The notes: a model not told the origin generated them from the sequence alone. Positions 38,194 to 49,080 are shown, counted from the first letter of the stretch. The stretch: DNA of 64,000 nucleotides from a virus (IMGVR_UViG_3300017605_000342:1-64000), one strand, 5' to 3'. Numbers and translations are program-made.

Positions 38194-40026
38194 ATGGAAC
38201 TTACAAGAGCAGAGCAGTATGTAATTCTAAAAGGCTGGGAGTACAAGCTCAACGGGGATGAAATTGAAATAACCAAATGTCCCTTCTGCGGTAAAGAAAA
38301 TCACTTCTCTTTAAATACAGAAACAGAGAAGTCAAATTGTTTTAGGTGTGGTAAGGGTAGTAAAACTCTAGCATCTTTAAAAAAGAAACTTGGAGATAAA
38401 ATTGATGGGGTGTTTGACACCAAGGGGCGTATCAGTCCTACAGTCATAGACCCTATAGACCCAAAAGAAATCGAAGCAAATCACCAAGCCCTGATGGAAG
38501 ACGACGATGCCATTGATTGGTTAGTGTCTACACGCGGCTTTACACTGAAAGTGATTGAGGCAAAGAAACTAGGCTTAACCGAAAAGTTCTTCAGAAAGTT
38601 AGGACGCAAGGCACGAGCATTAGCAATGCCGTATTACAGAAACGGTAAGCCAATCTTCATTAAGTACCGCACGCTGCCTCCAGACGAGAAAGACTTTGTG
38701 TCAACGACAATCGATGACTTGCCGTTGTACAACGAAGATGCATTGCTGCAAGGCCACACAGAAGCCTTTGCAGTCGAGGGAGAATCTGATACACTGGCCA
38801 TGCTGTCGGCTGGCCTACCTAATGTGGTGGGCATACCGGGCGCTGGTACCAAGAAGACAGAATGGGTTACGCAGATAGACGAGGCTAATCTGTCCAAGAT
38901 CTATCTATGTTATGACAACGACGAAGCAGGGCAAACAAACGTTGTCAAGATGGCAGAAAAGATCGGGCTTGACAAATGCTACCTTATTAAACTGCCAGAG
39001 TTTGAAACAGTCTTTGGGGAACCGGGCAAAGATCTTAACGACTTCTTAAGATTACCGGACGGACTTGAGAGATTTCAGAAGCTTAAGGAAAGAGCTAGAC
39101 TTGTCCAAATACCCGGAGTCATGCCTGTTGCTGACATCCTGATGGATCAGCAAGACAAGCTAGAACGTGGCGATGATGCTATCCCTGAGTTCGATACACC
39201 GTGGTCTGATCTTACTGCCATTACTGGTCGGTTTGATCGCGGCGACGTGATCGGCATTACGGCCCAAGCTAAGCAGGGCAAAACCACGGTAGCTATTAAC
39301 TGGCTAGACTACTACGCCAGAATAAAGAAGTATTCTGTGTTTATGTATTGCTTAGAAATGTCTCAAGAAAGATTAGTTAAGAAGTGGATGTCTTATTTGC
39401 TAGAGAAACCAGATATTGTCAGCACACTTGTAGATGATGGTGGGGTTTTGAAGGAAGTTCAAAAAACCAACTTTACAATCGACGATTACAAACGTATGCG
39501 GGAAATGGTAGCTCAGATGGAATCTGACTACTTGTTTGGATTTACGCGATTCAAAACTTCACAAGATATTTTCGAAACGATATATCAAACGAAGCGTAGG
39601 TACGGTATAGACGTTGTTTGCTTTGACAACCTACATTTGCTAGCCCGCGAAGTAGAACATCGGGCATCTGAGTTAGACAACTTGTCAAAGCAGTTCAAAC
39701 AAATAACGATGGAACTAAAGATATTAGACATCTTGCTGATGCAGCCAACAAAGCCACCTAAAGGCGGAAACCTTACATCGTTCGCCGATGCACGTGGTTC
39801 TGTTGCAATGACACAAGACGTTGACTGTGGTATCTCGTTGTCCCGACCTCCTAAGCAACAAGTAACTGCTAGAGATTTGAGATCTGGTGGCCGCATAGAA
39901 TTCGTGGATGCATTTGAACCACGCGTTGTGGCAATGGTTGAATTCGCTAGGAACGCACCTGGTGGTGCTTGCACCTTAAACTTTGAAGGTGCAATTTCCA
40001 AAGTAAGTGCGTTAGAAAGGGTTTAG
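38194..40026 (+). CDS. primase-helicase (Zn finger + TOPRIM + DnaB-like; T7 gp4/Twinkle type)
   Basis: CPFC..CFRC, KYR, VEGESD, YDNDEAG, KDLND, QAKQGKT, LEM, FDNLH. Confidence 0.92.
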   Translation: MELTRAEQYVILKGWEYKLNGDEIEITKCPFCGKENHFSLNTETEKSNCFRCGKGSKTLASLKKKLGDKIDGVFDTKGRISPTVIDPIDPKEIEANHQALMEDDDAIDWLVSTRGFTLKVIEAKKLGLTEKFFRKLGRKARALAMPYYRNGKPIFIKYRTLPPDEKDFVSTTIDDLPLYNEDALLQGHTEAFAVEGESDTLAMLSAGLPNVVGIPGAGTKKTEWVTQIDEANLSKIYLCYDNDEAGQTNVVKMAEKIGLDKCYLIKLPEFETVFGEPGKDLNDFLRLPDGLERFQKLKERARLVQIPGVMPVADILMDQQDKLERGDDAIPEFDTPWSDLTAITGRFDRGDVIGITAQAKQGKTTVAINWLDYYARIKKYSVFMYCLEMSQERLVKKWMSYLLEKPDIVSTLVDDGGVLKEVQKTNFTIDDYKRMREMVAQMESDYLFGFTRFKTSQDIFETIYQTKRRYGIDVVCFDNLHLLAREVEHRASELDNLSKQFKQITMELKILDILLMQPTKPPKGGNLTSFADARGSVAMTQDVDCGISLSRPPKQQVTARDLRSGGRIEFVDAFEPRVVAMVEFARNAPGGACTLNFEGAISKVSALERV

Positions 40027-40267
40027 TGCGCTGTTCTCATTGCAAGTCTCACGAAGTAAAGAAGGCACATATACTGTGCCGTCACTGTATAGATATTCTG
40101 TCAGTAGAAGTTAAACAACTACACCACACAGTAATTGAAGATGGGTCAGTGTGTGTAGCATGTAAGAAAAATCTTATAGTTGGTGGCGAATTCTTTATTA
40201 AACAAGGAAAGTGCTTTTGTAATGTGCACTGTGCTTCTAGATACTCTTGGAGAGAGCTTACCCTACC

Positions 40268-40495
40268 ATGAAAGTCTACATACTCTGGGAACAAACATTC
40301 TACGAAGAGTGGGCAGTACGAGCAGTAACAGCTAGCAAAGAAAGAGCAGAAAGTTGGTGTATACCACAACGAAGATACTATGATACACATGAAATTCAGG
40401 ATTGGCCGAGTGGCGTAACGGTAGCCGCAGCAGGCTCAAACCCTGCCGCCTTCGGGCGTGAAGGTTCAACTCCTTCCTCGGCCACCAAACCATGA
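40268..40495 (+). CDS. small phage protein whose reading frame runs through tRNA-Leu
   Basis: MKVYIL..AV..SKERAE pattern; first stop is the ATGA overlap at 40492-40495. Confidence 0.5.
   Translation: MKVYILWEQTFYEEWAVRAVTASKERAESWCIPQRRYYDTHEIQDWPSGVTVAAAGSNPAAFGREGSTPSSATKP
40404..40487 (+). tRNA. tRNA-Leu(CAA)
   Basis: GGCCGAG/CTCGGCC, GCAGG-CTCAAAC-CCTGC, CGCC-TTCG-GGCG variable arm, CCA. Confidence 0.92.
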
Positions 40496-41082
40496 CATTC
40501 ATACAACAATTCCCCAATGCAAAGATAAATACACTACGCTATCTTACGGTGCATGATCCGTATGACCAGACACCAAACTGGTCTAGGCGCTATGAATGGA
40601 ACTACGCCATTAACGCCGTCATGTCCGAGTCTCCGTCTCCATTCTCTGTATTAAATGCGGCGTGTGGGTTTGCTGGCATACACGCAACGTTCTCTATGCG
40701 CCTAGAACCCCTGTGTGGCAGGGTATTTAACTGCGATATGCAGACACCGGACTTCGAAGATAACTTTAAGAACTTCTTTAAGCACGACATTTTCCAACCA
40801 TTCCCACAAATGTATGATGTCACATTATGCATTTCAACCTTAGAGGACTTCTTAGATCCTGTGCTGATTGAGCGGGCTTTATGCAACCTAGCGCAGTACA
40901 CAAGACGTAGGTTAATTATAACAGCAGACATATACGATAGAGTAAAGCCTGAATGGTTTACCCACATGGTCGGTCGTGACTCGGCACTCAACGACAACCA
41001 CGCACTGACGGGTGCTAACTCAAGCTATGCACAGCACGAGTTTGCACACCTTAAAATACTTGTACTGGACATATCGCTATGA
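40492..41082 (+). CDS. class I SAM-dependent methyltransferase-like protein
   Basis: SRRYEW, VLNAACG, YDVTLCISTLE, LIITAD. Confidence 0.65.
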   Translation: MTFIQQFPNAKINTLRYLTVHDPYDQTPNWSRRYEWNYAINAVMSESPSPFSVLNAACGFAGIHATFSMRLEPLCGRVFNCDMQTPDFEDNFKNFFKHDIFQPFPQMYDVTLCISTLEDFLDPVLIERALCNLAQYTRRRLIITADIYDRVKPEWFTHMVGRDSALNDNHALTGANSSYAQHEFAHLKILVLDISL

Positions 41083-41269
41083 ATCCAAACAAAGAAGTAT
41101 TTAAGTACACAATGAACGGTAGAAGTCAGTGCACCCTCACACTATATGAATACCTTATAGTCGAGGTTGTTAAGTCTTTATCCAGAAAGAAAACTGTGTA
41201 CTCAACTACGGAAGCAGCTACCAATGCTGTAGCCATCGTAGATAAGATATTTGAGTTAACAAAACACAA

Positions 41270-42958
41270 ATGCTAAGACCCTACCAGAAAGAATGCTTGG
41301 AAGCCATCAAACGTAATGCTGGGTTGATTAACAAACAGCTTGTTGTTATGCCCACAGGCACGGGCAAATCCCACGTCTTTGCTGAACTACGAAATTATCT
41401 AGGACTAAAGCGTAAGGTTCTAGTCCTAGCTCACCGTGAAGAACTGCTATCCCAAGCTGTCCGACACTTGAAGCGGGCTAACCCACACGTCAAAATTGGC
41501 CTAGAAAAAGCTGAGTCATACGCTGCATCTGACTGTGATATCGTAGTAGTTTCCAAGGACTCAATAGGGCGTGCTGACTCAGATAGAATTAAACGCTTTA
41601 ATCCCGCCGACTATTCAGCGCTAATCATTGACGAAGCGCACCATGCAACAAGTAAGTCATATGAAATGATCCTGAACCACTTCGGAGTATCGAAGCTAAG
41701 GAATCAAACTAGCGACATTTTATTGTTAGGTGTTACAGCCACACCTTTCAGATCCGACCGTGTAGGTCTGGACAACGTGTTTGATCAAATTGTGTTTGAA
41801 TATGGCATCAATGACGCTGTAGGTTCGGGCTGGTTAGTACAACCCGTAGGTAGATCGGTACGCACAGAGGTTAACTTGGATGAAATTCCTGTACATTCTG
41901 GGGACTTTACCAAGGAAGAGATAGAAGCTGCCATAAATGTTCACGCTAGAAACGAGCGCATCATTAAAGGATACTTAGAGTATGGGGAGGGCAGGTCTAC
42001 CATTGTCTTCTGTTCAAGTATTGCGCACTCCCGTAAGATAGCAGAGATGTTTGTAAAACGTGGAGTTAATGCAGAAGCTGTTTGGTTCGATGATCCTGGC
42101 CGCACAAATAAACTGAAACTGTTTAATGCTGGAAAGATTGCAGTGTTGTGTAATGCGTTCTTGTTAGGCGAGGGAGTAGACATTCCTAACATTTCCTGCG
42201 TCATTCAGGCACGTCCCACCAAGTCTCAGTTGGTATTCATACAACAGGCTGGCCGTGGGTTACGCTTACAGGACGGGACTGGCAACCTGCATGAAGAGGT
42301 TAGTAAAGGAACTACCCCACTTAAGGTCGATTGCTTGATAATCGATGTAGTGGATAACACAGAGAAGCACTCACTGGTCACTCTGGCATCCCTGCTGGGG
42401 CTACCATCTAAATTAAACCTAGATGGTATGACTATGGAAGAAGCTCTAGAAAAAGTTAAAAAGGTTAAGGAACAGCATCCTAACATTGACTTGTCAAAGT
42501 TAGAAAACATACGTGACTTAGACATCTACGTGCGGGATGTTAATCTCTTACAGGAAAAGTTTGATCCAGAAGTAGTCAAGCACTCTAAACTAGCTTGGAC
42601 TAAAGTAGGAGATAAGAAGTGGGTTCTGTCCCTGCCCACCAAAAGCAACATCGTTGTAGCAGAGAATGTTCTAGGTGAGTATGCAGCTTATGGTTCTGCC
42701 AAAGATAAAGCATTTAGAGAAGTCTTTAACACATTACGCGAGGCGCTTGTTTATTCAGAGCATTGGGCGGGTGCCATGCTTGGTAAATGGGTACTAAAAC
42801 CCCTCAAACGTGATGCAAAATGGCGTGCCGAACCTGCATCAGAACAGCAAAAGGATTTTATTAGAAAGCTAATGAGAAATCAGAACGTAGAAAGTATTGA
42901 CAAGTTATCTTCTGGTAGGGCATCTGACATTATAACTACCCTAAAAAATAAGGCTTGA
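41270..42958 (+). CDS. SF2 DEAH-type helicase
   Basis: LRPYQ, PTGTGKS, DEAHH, TATP, EGVD, QQAGRGLR. Confidence 0.93.
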   Translation: MLRPYQKECLEAIKRNAGLINKQLVVMPTGTGKSHVFAELRNYLGLKRKVLVLAHREELLSQAVRHLKRANPHVKIGLEKAESYAASDCDIVVVSKDSIGRADSDRIKRFNPADYSALIIDEAHHATSKSYEMILNHFGVSKLRNQTSDILLLGVTATPFRSDRVGLDNVFDQIVFEYGINDAVGSGWLVQPVGRSVRTEVNLDEIPVHSGDFTKEEIEAAINVHARNERIIKGYLEYGEGRSTIVFCSSIAHSRKIAEMFVKRGVNAEAVWFDDPGRTNKLKLFNAGKIAVLCNAFLLGEGVDIPNISCVIQARPTKSQLVFIQQAGRGLRLQDGTGNLHEEVSKGTTPLKVDCLIIDVVDNTEKHSLVTLASLLGLPSKLNLDGMTMEEALEKVKKVKEQHPNIDLSKLENIRDLDIYVRDVNLLQEKFDPEVVKHSKLAWTKVGDKKWVLSLPTKSNIVVAENVLGEYAAYGSAKDKAFREVFNTLREALVYSEHWAGAMLGKWVLKPLKRDAKWRAEPASEQQKDFIRKLMRNQNVESIDKLSSGRASDIITTLKNKA

Positions 42959-42983
42959 CTTGTTTTAAGCTTTATGGTAAGAT
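42955..42983 (+). promoter_or_regulatory. sigma70-type promoter with extended -10
   Basis: TTGACT-17 nt-TAAGAT with TG at -15/-14; ATG 42990 lies 6 nt downstream. Confidence 0.7.
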
Positions 42984-42989
42984 GCAGCC

Positions 42990-43403
42990 ATGAAGCTTAA
43001 AAGAAGTCGTCGTAGAAGACGCACGAAAACAGACTGGTATACATGGAAATCGAAATCACTGGCCGCATCTTTTAACAAAAGATTCAAGGATCTGGGTGAC
43101 TCGTCACGTCTATCCTCAAAGCAAATCAAGACATGGTTAGTAGATGTTCCACTGATATGCCATTACTGCACGATAAAACTAGATCAAAAGAACTTTGGAG
43201 TTGACCACGCAATAGCAATCGCACGCGGTGGAACTAATACCGTCAGCAACTTGCGACAATGTTGCAGGGGCTGTAATATAGCAAAGGGCGCATACTCCGA
43301 AGATCAATTTAAAGAATTGCTCGCACTCATTTCCAAGTGGGATGACGGAGGAAAAGCTCTTCTCGCTCAGTTAAAGCGCGGCTTTGCTTTTTACAGAAAA
43401 TAA
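42990..43403 (+). CDS. HNH endonuclease
   Basis: CHYC..VDHAIA..GG.N..NL..CC..CNIAKG. Confidence 0.85.
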   Translation: MKLKRSRRRRRTKTDWYTWKSKSLAASFNKRFKDLGDSSRLSSKQIKTWLVDVPLICHYCTIKLDQKNFGVDHAIAIARGGTNTVSNLRQCCRGCNIAKGAYSEDQFKELLALISKWDDGGKALLAQLKRGFAFYRK

Positions 43404-43730
43404 CGGTGTTTAAGTCTAAAGTGTACTATAATAAAATCTACGCCAATACGTTGTCCATGTACCGTGAGTTGAAGTCCATCAGCGGAACGGCAAGCTGTTC
43501 TACATTGTATGGAAGTACCCACGAAGTATCAATGTTCCCTCTCATTATTGAGTTCATTGCTGACGTAGAAAAGACACTTAAACGCATGGTGAACTTGCCC
43601 ACCTACAAGATAGGCATCGAGTTTGAACGCCTCCAGTTATACCCCTTCAATTCTTATACCAAAAAAATTAAAACCCCAATAACAGCAGCAAGTACAGTGA
43701 TTGATTATATAGCTCCAATAGAGAATATTC

Positions 43731-44777
43731 ATGGCGAAAAAGACGACGGAACAGATTGCAAACTTCAACCACGTAATAGAAAAGATAAACAAAAAGTATA
43801 AATCAAACCCACTCATCTCATTGGCAGGCACGGAACGTCGTGCAATGCCACATATCCGCACCGGAATTTACTCCCTAGATAAAAATGTTTTTGGTATCGG
43901 AGGAATTGCCAGAGGCAGAGTTCAAGAATGGTTTGGCCCTGAGGGTGGGGGAAAGACAACATTACTCTACACTGCAATTGCAGCAGCCCAGCGCCAGTTC
44001 CCCGAAGAAGCTTGCGTCTTGATTGATGCAGAACACGCAACCGATCCTGCATGGCTTGCTAAGAATGACGTGGATCTAAACAAACTGCTTTTCTTTCAGC
44101 CCACCTGTGGCGAAGAGGGATTAGCACTTGCTGAAGATGTTATCAAAGAAACCCAATGTTCTTTAGTTGGTATTGACTCAGTTGCGGCGTTGGTCCCTAA
44201 GGCCGAACTTGAAGGGGACATGGGAGAAGCACACGTAGGGCGTCAGGGACGTATGATGGGACAAGCCCTGCGCAAGTTGATTGGGCTAACATCACAGAAG
44301 GGCACCGCACTTATCTTTATTAATCAGGTACGTGATGTTATCGGACAGTCAGGACCAGGCATGGGGCCTCGCACATCAACACCGGGCGGTCGTGCTTTGA
44401 AGTTTGCTGCCAGTGTTAGATTGAAAATCGCCCGCACCGCAACTGTTAAGGTTGAGGGCGAAGCACTACGTAACGCAGTAAACATTCGAGCAGAAAAGAA
44501 CAAGCTCTTTGCACCGTATCGAGAAGCGGACGTTGAATTGTCCTACGATTCTGGGTTCGATAAGCTAGGTAATGTTGTTGATGAATTGATCTGGGCTGGA
44601 GTTATCGAGAAAAAAGGTGCGTGGTATTCGTATAACGGTGAGAGTTTGGGTCAAGGAAAACAATCTTGTTACACAAGAGTACAAGATAGTTTTGAAAAGT
44701 TTATCATTACGTTAGATGAGCATTATAAAAACAATCTACCAAAAATAGGAGAAAGACCAACTGAGGAAGAAGAATGA
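43731..44777 (+). CDS. recA: RecA recombinase
   Basis: GPEGGGKTT, IDAEHA, DSVAALVPKAE, FINQVR, PGGRALKFAASVR, KNK, KKGAWY. Confidence 0.96.
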   Translation: MAKKTTEQIANFNHVIEKINKKYKSNPLISLAGTERRAMPHIRTGIYSLDKNVFGIGGIARGRVQEWFGPEGGGKTTLLYTAIAAAQRQFPEEACVLIDAEHATDPAWLAKNDVDLNKLLFFQPTCGEEGLALAEDVIKETQCSLVGIDSVAALVPKAELEGDMGEAHVGRQGRMMGQALRKLIGLTSQKGTALIFINQVRDVIGQSGPGMGPRTSTPGGRALKFAASVRLKIARTATVKVEGEALRNAVNIRAEKNKLFAPYREADVELSYDSGFDKLGNVVDELIWAGVIEKKGAWYSYNGESLGQGKQSCYTRVQDSFEKFIITLDEHYKNNLPKIGERPTEEEE

Positions 44778-44973
44778 ATTATAAAGTAAACATGGGCATA
44801 CATGAAGAAGTTTTGGTCGATTATTTATTAGTTAAGGTATTGTATAAAAAAGAAGCAGAATCCACCAAAGATATATCAGATACGGACTGGGCATACCACT
44901 TAGGACAAGCTTCTGTTGCCGAAGAACTATTAAAATCTTTGACCGTTCCTGACCAACATCGGTGGATTTTACA

Positions 44974-45507
44974 ATGAAAGATGCAGTTTTATTAAGCGCT
45001 ATCAAAGCAATAGCAGAACATCAATCTAGAATAGTTTTCTTGGACACCAAGCTAGACACTGGTCGGCACTGGCCATATGTGGGGTGTGATTTGGACCGTT
45101 TCTATGACACACTGACAGAGGTCGGAGAACGACTGGGGTGTTTGCCCAACACTGTTGAGTTCTTTAACATCACCCCGACAAAGAAATTCCTTGACATTGG
45201 GTGTGGTACTGGTCTAACATTACACATTGCGCGTGCCTTGGGGTTTGATGCTTACGGTTTGGAGACAGATCCAACAACCTTAAAGCTACTTGACGCAACA
45301 CATGGTAGAACAAAACACGTGTTGGTGGAAGATGCCCTGTCTTTTAAGAAGTATGGGGATTTTCAAGTGCTGTTCATGTACCGCCCGTTTAGAGATGAAC
45401 AAGTACAGCTTCAATTAGAACAGCGTGTGATGGCCAGCATGCAGAAAAATGCAATACTAATACCACAACATCTTATCTCTATAAAGCATTTATGGATAAA
45501 GATCTAA
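44974..45507 (+). CDS. class I SAM-dependent methyltransferase
   Basis: FLDIGCGTG, GLE, DAL, FMYRPF. Confidence 0.75.
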   Translation: MKDAVLLSAIKAIAEHQSRIVFLDTKLDTGRHWPYVGCDLDRFYDTLTEVGERLGCLPNTVEFFNITPTKKFLDIGCGTGLTLHIARALGFDAYGLETDPTTLKLLDATHGRTKHVLVEDALSFKKYGDFQVLFMYRPFRDEQVQLQLEQRVMASMQKNAILIPQHLISIKHLWIKI

Positions 45508-46175
45508 AAGATTGCAGCAAATGTGGGGCAACTCTACCTATAGATTGTTTTGATCGTAGGGGTGGTATTGATGCTCATAATAAACCACGGAGACGCTCTT
45601 GGTGCAAACCTTGTGGAAAGTCTTACAGAGATAGTCGAAAATCAAAAATATCAGAAAACCGAAGACAGCATTATCAAAATAACAAAGAGCGTGTGAATAC
45701 GGCGTGTAAGATATATTACGAAAAGAACAAAGTCAAAATTAAAAAATCTAGAACTAATTATTATAAAGCCAATAGAGATAAATGTCTTGAAAAGCAGAAG
45801 AAATATAATGCTAGATTAGAAACCAAGCTTAGAAAAAGAGAGACAAATAAACAACGACAAAAATTTGATATACCATACAAACTTGCAAGTAATCTCAGAC
45901 GCCGCGTACTTTGCGCAATCAAGTCTAACCTCAAATCAGGATCAGCCGTTAGAGACTTGGGGTGCTCCGTGCAGGAATTTAAAAACTACATAGAGCAGCA
46001 GTTTAAACATGGTATGAACTGGGGTAATTATGGACAATTTGGTTGGCATTTAGATCATATAGTACCACTATCTAAATTCGATTTGACTAATAGAAAAGAC
46101 TTTTTGAAAGCTGCCCACTTTACAAACTATCAACCACTATGGTGGAATGAAAACATTTCAAAGGGAGCCAAGTAA
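45492..46175 (+). CDS. free-standing HNH homing-type endonuclease
   Basis: CSKC..WCKPC, NLRRR, LGCS, WHLDHIVP, HFTNYQPLW..NISKG; visibly AT-rich. Confidence 0.8.
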   Translation: MDKDLKDCSKCGATLPIDCFDRRGGIDAHNKPRRRSWCKPCGKSYRDSRKSKISENRRQHYQNNKERVNTACKIYYEKNKVKIKKSRTNYYKANRDKCLEKQKKYNARLETKLRKRETNKQRQKFDIPYKLASNLRRRVLCAIKSNLKSGSAVRDLGCSVQEFKNYIEQQFKHGMNWGNYGQFGWHLDHIVPLSKFDLTNRKDFLKAAHFTNYQPLWWNENISKGAK

Positions 46176-46620
46176 GATAAAACCATGAAAGACTTAGGAA
46201 CAGGTTTTCTAGTAATCGTAGTATCCGTTATAGCCGGATTGCTTTTATTTCTAGTACCCATTAAAACGGAGCCTGCGGTATGGACCCAACCAATATGGTC
46301 ATCGTATACGTACAATGGTCATAGATACGTCATAGTTAAATTTGGCGAAAGTATAGCGGTTACACACGATGAAAGTTGCACAACACGTTAAGCCATTTGT
46401 AATAGTTACAGAACATCCCGACGACGAATCTAAGGATGTTATACGACATTTTAAAGCTGCGGGTATTAACCTCAAATGCACGTGGGTCAACGGCTATGGC
46501 ATTACAGATTATGGCTGGGGATACCATCTCGTATTTGGTGCAAACAGCACGGAGATTAAGCCACTGTTAAAAGAGGTACAAAAACAGCTAGTAGAAGATG
46601 ACATTTAATACAGGAGAGAG

Positions 46621-48492
46621 ATGGATCAGGCTCAAAAATTCATTTACACACGCACATATTCCAGATGGCTTGAAGAAGAATCTCGAAGGGAAGCATATGA
46701 AGAAACAGTAGACAGATACCTTAACTTTATCAAAGAAAAGTGGGCGGACACGGTACCCACAAAAGTGTTTAAAAAAATACGCGCTAGAATGCTAGAGCTA
46801 TCCGTGTTACCCTCTATGCGTGCGTTGTGGGCCGCCGGCCCCGCCGCCACTAACACCAACGTAGCAATGTACAACTGCGCATACGCTGATATTGACAGCG
46901 TAGATGCCTTTGCAGAAGCACTGTACATTTTAATGTGCGGGACTGGCTACGGGTTTTCCGTCCAGCATGAGTGCATTAAACACTTACCAGAAGTACCCAA
47001 GATTAACTGGGAAGACAAAGAACTTGTCACGATAGAAGACTCAAAAGAAGGTTGGGCATCGAGCATTAAGGTGCTGATGCGGGCGCTGTACAACGGTAAG
47101 ACCATAGACTTTGACTACTCGTTGTTGCGTACCAAAGGTAGCCGTCTTAAAACTTTCGGAGGCAGAGCATCAGGCCCCGAACCGTTGATTGTTTTACACT
47201 CGTTCATTAAGGAAGTTTTTCAAACTGCACAAGAGCGTAAACTAACTTCTTTAGAGTGCTTAGATATTTTAAACCAAATAGCCGAAGTAGTTGTTGTTGG
47301 TGGTGTGCGTAGGTCATCAGAAATCAGTCTGTCGGACTTGGCGGATGATCTAGTGCGTAACGCTAAAGTCTGGCCGTTTCCACAACGCCGCGCTATGTCC
47401 AATAATAGCGCGGTGTACATGGAAAAACCTACAGCTATTGAGTTCCTGAAAGAATGGGCAGCACTGGCAGATTCTGGTACAGGTGAGCGTGGCATTTTTA
47501 ATCTTGAAGGTGTGCGCAAGCACGCACCAGGCCGCAGGGACGTGGAGAAAATTCACGGAACAAACCCATGCGGTGAGATTATGTTGCGCTCCAACCAGTT
47601 CTGCAATCTCTCAGAAGTGGTTGTACGCTCTGGCGATGACTTGGACGATCTGCTAGAAAAGGTTGAGACAGCGACTTGGATCGGTGCTATTCAGAGTACT
47701 TACACAGACTTTCCATTTCTGTCAAAGAAGTGGCGCAAAAACTGTGAAGAAGAACGGTTGCTAGGAGTGTCCCTCACAGGACAGATGGACAATCCGGCAC
47801 TGCTAACGGCTGATGCGTTAAAGGCACTGAAGGCACGTGCAATTAGGGTAGCCAAGCACGCAGCAGGTATTCTAGGCATCAACGTACCTACAGCGATCAC
47901 TTGTGTTAAACCATCAGGGACTGTATCACAATTAGTTAACTCAGCGAGCGGATTACACCCACGTTACGCAGCTTATTACATCCGTCGCTACCGCATTGCA
48001 GCAACTGATCCGCTGTGCAAGCTGCTTAAGAGTCAGGGCATTGATTTGGTACCAGAAAACGGACAAGAGAAATACCCAGAAGATAAGGTTAACACATGGG
48101 TTGTATCCTTCCCGGTTAAGTCTCCAGACAAGGCTATTACTAGAGACAAGGTGGCTGCCCTAGCCCAATTGGATTGGTACAAGCGTATTCAAACTAACTG
48201 GTGTGAACACAATGCCAGTTGTACAGTGTATGTCAAAGACATTGAGTGGTTTGAAGTTGGTAATTGGGTCTATGCTAATTGGGAAATTGTAAACGGTATT
48301 TCATTCTTGCCATATGACGGCGGGCACTACAAAAACGCCCCATACGAGGAAATTACCGAGGCACAATACAAAGAATTCCTTGACAAATTCCCTGAAATAG
48401 ACTACAGTAGATTGTCTGAATTTGAACAGGAAGATCTGACAGAAGGAAACAAATCCTATTCATGTGTCGGGGATCGTTGTGAACTTAACTAA
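46621..48492 (+). CDS. nrdJ: class II (adenosylcobalamin) ribonucleotide reductase, monomeric type
   Basis: PSMR, YNC, GTGYG, GGVRRS, TNPCGE, FCNL, TCVKPSGT, C-terminal CxxxxC; no beta subunit nearby. Confidence 0.9.
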   Translation: MDQAQKFIYTRTYSRWLEEESRREAYEETVDRYLNFIKEKWADTVPTKVFKKIRARMLELSVLPSMRALWAAGPAATNTNVAMYNCAYADIDSVDAFAEALYILMCGTGYGFSVQHECIKHLPEVPKINWEDKELVTIEDSKEGWASSIKVLMRALYNGKTIDFDYSLLRTKGSRLKTFGGRASGPEPLIVLHSFIKEVFQTAQERKLTSLECLDILNQIAEVVVVGGVRRSSEISLSDLADDLVRNAKVWPFPQRRAMSNNSAVYMEKPTAIEFLKEWAALADSGTGERGIFNLEGVRKHAPGRRDVEKIHGTNPCGEIMLRSNQFCNLSEVVVRSGDDLDDLLEKVETATWIGAIQSTYTDFPFLSKKWRKNCEEERLLGVSLTGQMDNPALLTADALKALKARAIRVAKHAAGILGINVPTAITCVKPSGTVSQLVNSASGLHPRYAAYYIRRYRIAATDPLCKLLKSQGIDLVPENGQEKYPEDKVNTWVVSFPVKSPDKAITRDKVAALAQLDWYKRIQTNWCEHNASCTVYVKDIEWFEVGNWVYANWEIVNGISFLPYDGGHYKNAPYEEITEAQYKEFLDKFPEIDYSRLSEFEQEDLTEGNKSYSCVGDRCELN

Positions 48493-48663
48493 CTCAATTG
48501 TCGCGCCGTTCAACTGGGAACTTGATAGACTAAATCAGCCTTGCGAAAAATGCCACGATGGTGTCTATGTAGAAACCAGTCTCTTTGATGATTGGGACGG
48601 TTTCTTACACTGTAATAAATGTGACCACAAGGTTATTAGACACGAGTCAATGAAGAAATACTA

Positions 48664-49080
48664 ATGAGAATATTAACTCCAGGCAAAAGGTTAAAAGGTA
48701 GAGTATCTATATCCAGAGCACACGGACATGCAGATACTTATATTCATTTTGAAATCGTAGATGATTTGTCTGGGTGTATTGTAGCTGAGTTAGAAATGAC
48801 ACCAGAAGACTTCGGCAACGCGGTCACTGGAATGTCCATGCAACCCTGTGTGTTGGAGTATTACGCAGACTGTCCGGCTGGTAAGCGTAGAGAAGTTAAG
48901 CACGAAGTTGTACCAGTACCTTCAGCTTTTGATCGTAAAAACGCTAAGAAGTTTCTCAAGAACTTTGAGGTAGATGGTTGGATAGGTTCCGCTGACGACA
49001 TAGGAAACCATCACAGATACGTTGCAGGAAAAAAGGGATACAACGTAACGTTTGTAAGATTCGTTGACGCTACAGAATAA
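48664..49080 (+). CDS. hypothetical protein
   Basis: TAATG-coupled ORF. Confidence 0.6.
   Translation: MRILTPGKRLKGRVSISRAHGHADTYIHFEIVDDLSGCIVAELEMTPEDFGNAVTGMSMQPCVLEYYADCPAGKRREVKHEVVPVPSAFDRKNAKKFLKNFEVDGWIGSADDIGNHHRYVAGKKGYNVTFVRFVDATE

Noticed and set aside
40404-40487. Possible TCA (Sec/opal suppressor) anticodon in CTCAAAC
   Set aside because: With the 5-bp stem GCAGG/CCTGC the 7-nt loop centres on CAA; variable arm and A73 fit Leu
38194-48492. Inteins or introns in primase-helicase, RecA or RNR
   Set aside because: Lengths and motif spacing are compact; no C..HN intein ends or ORF interruptions seen
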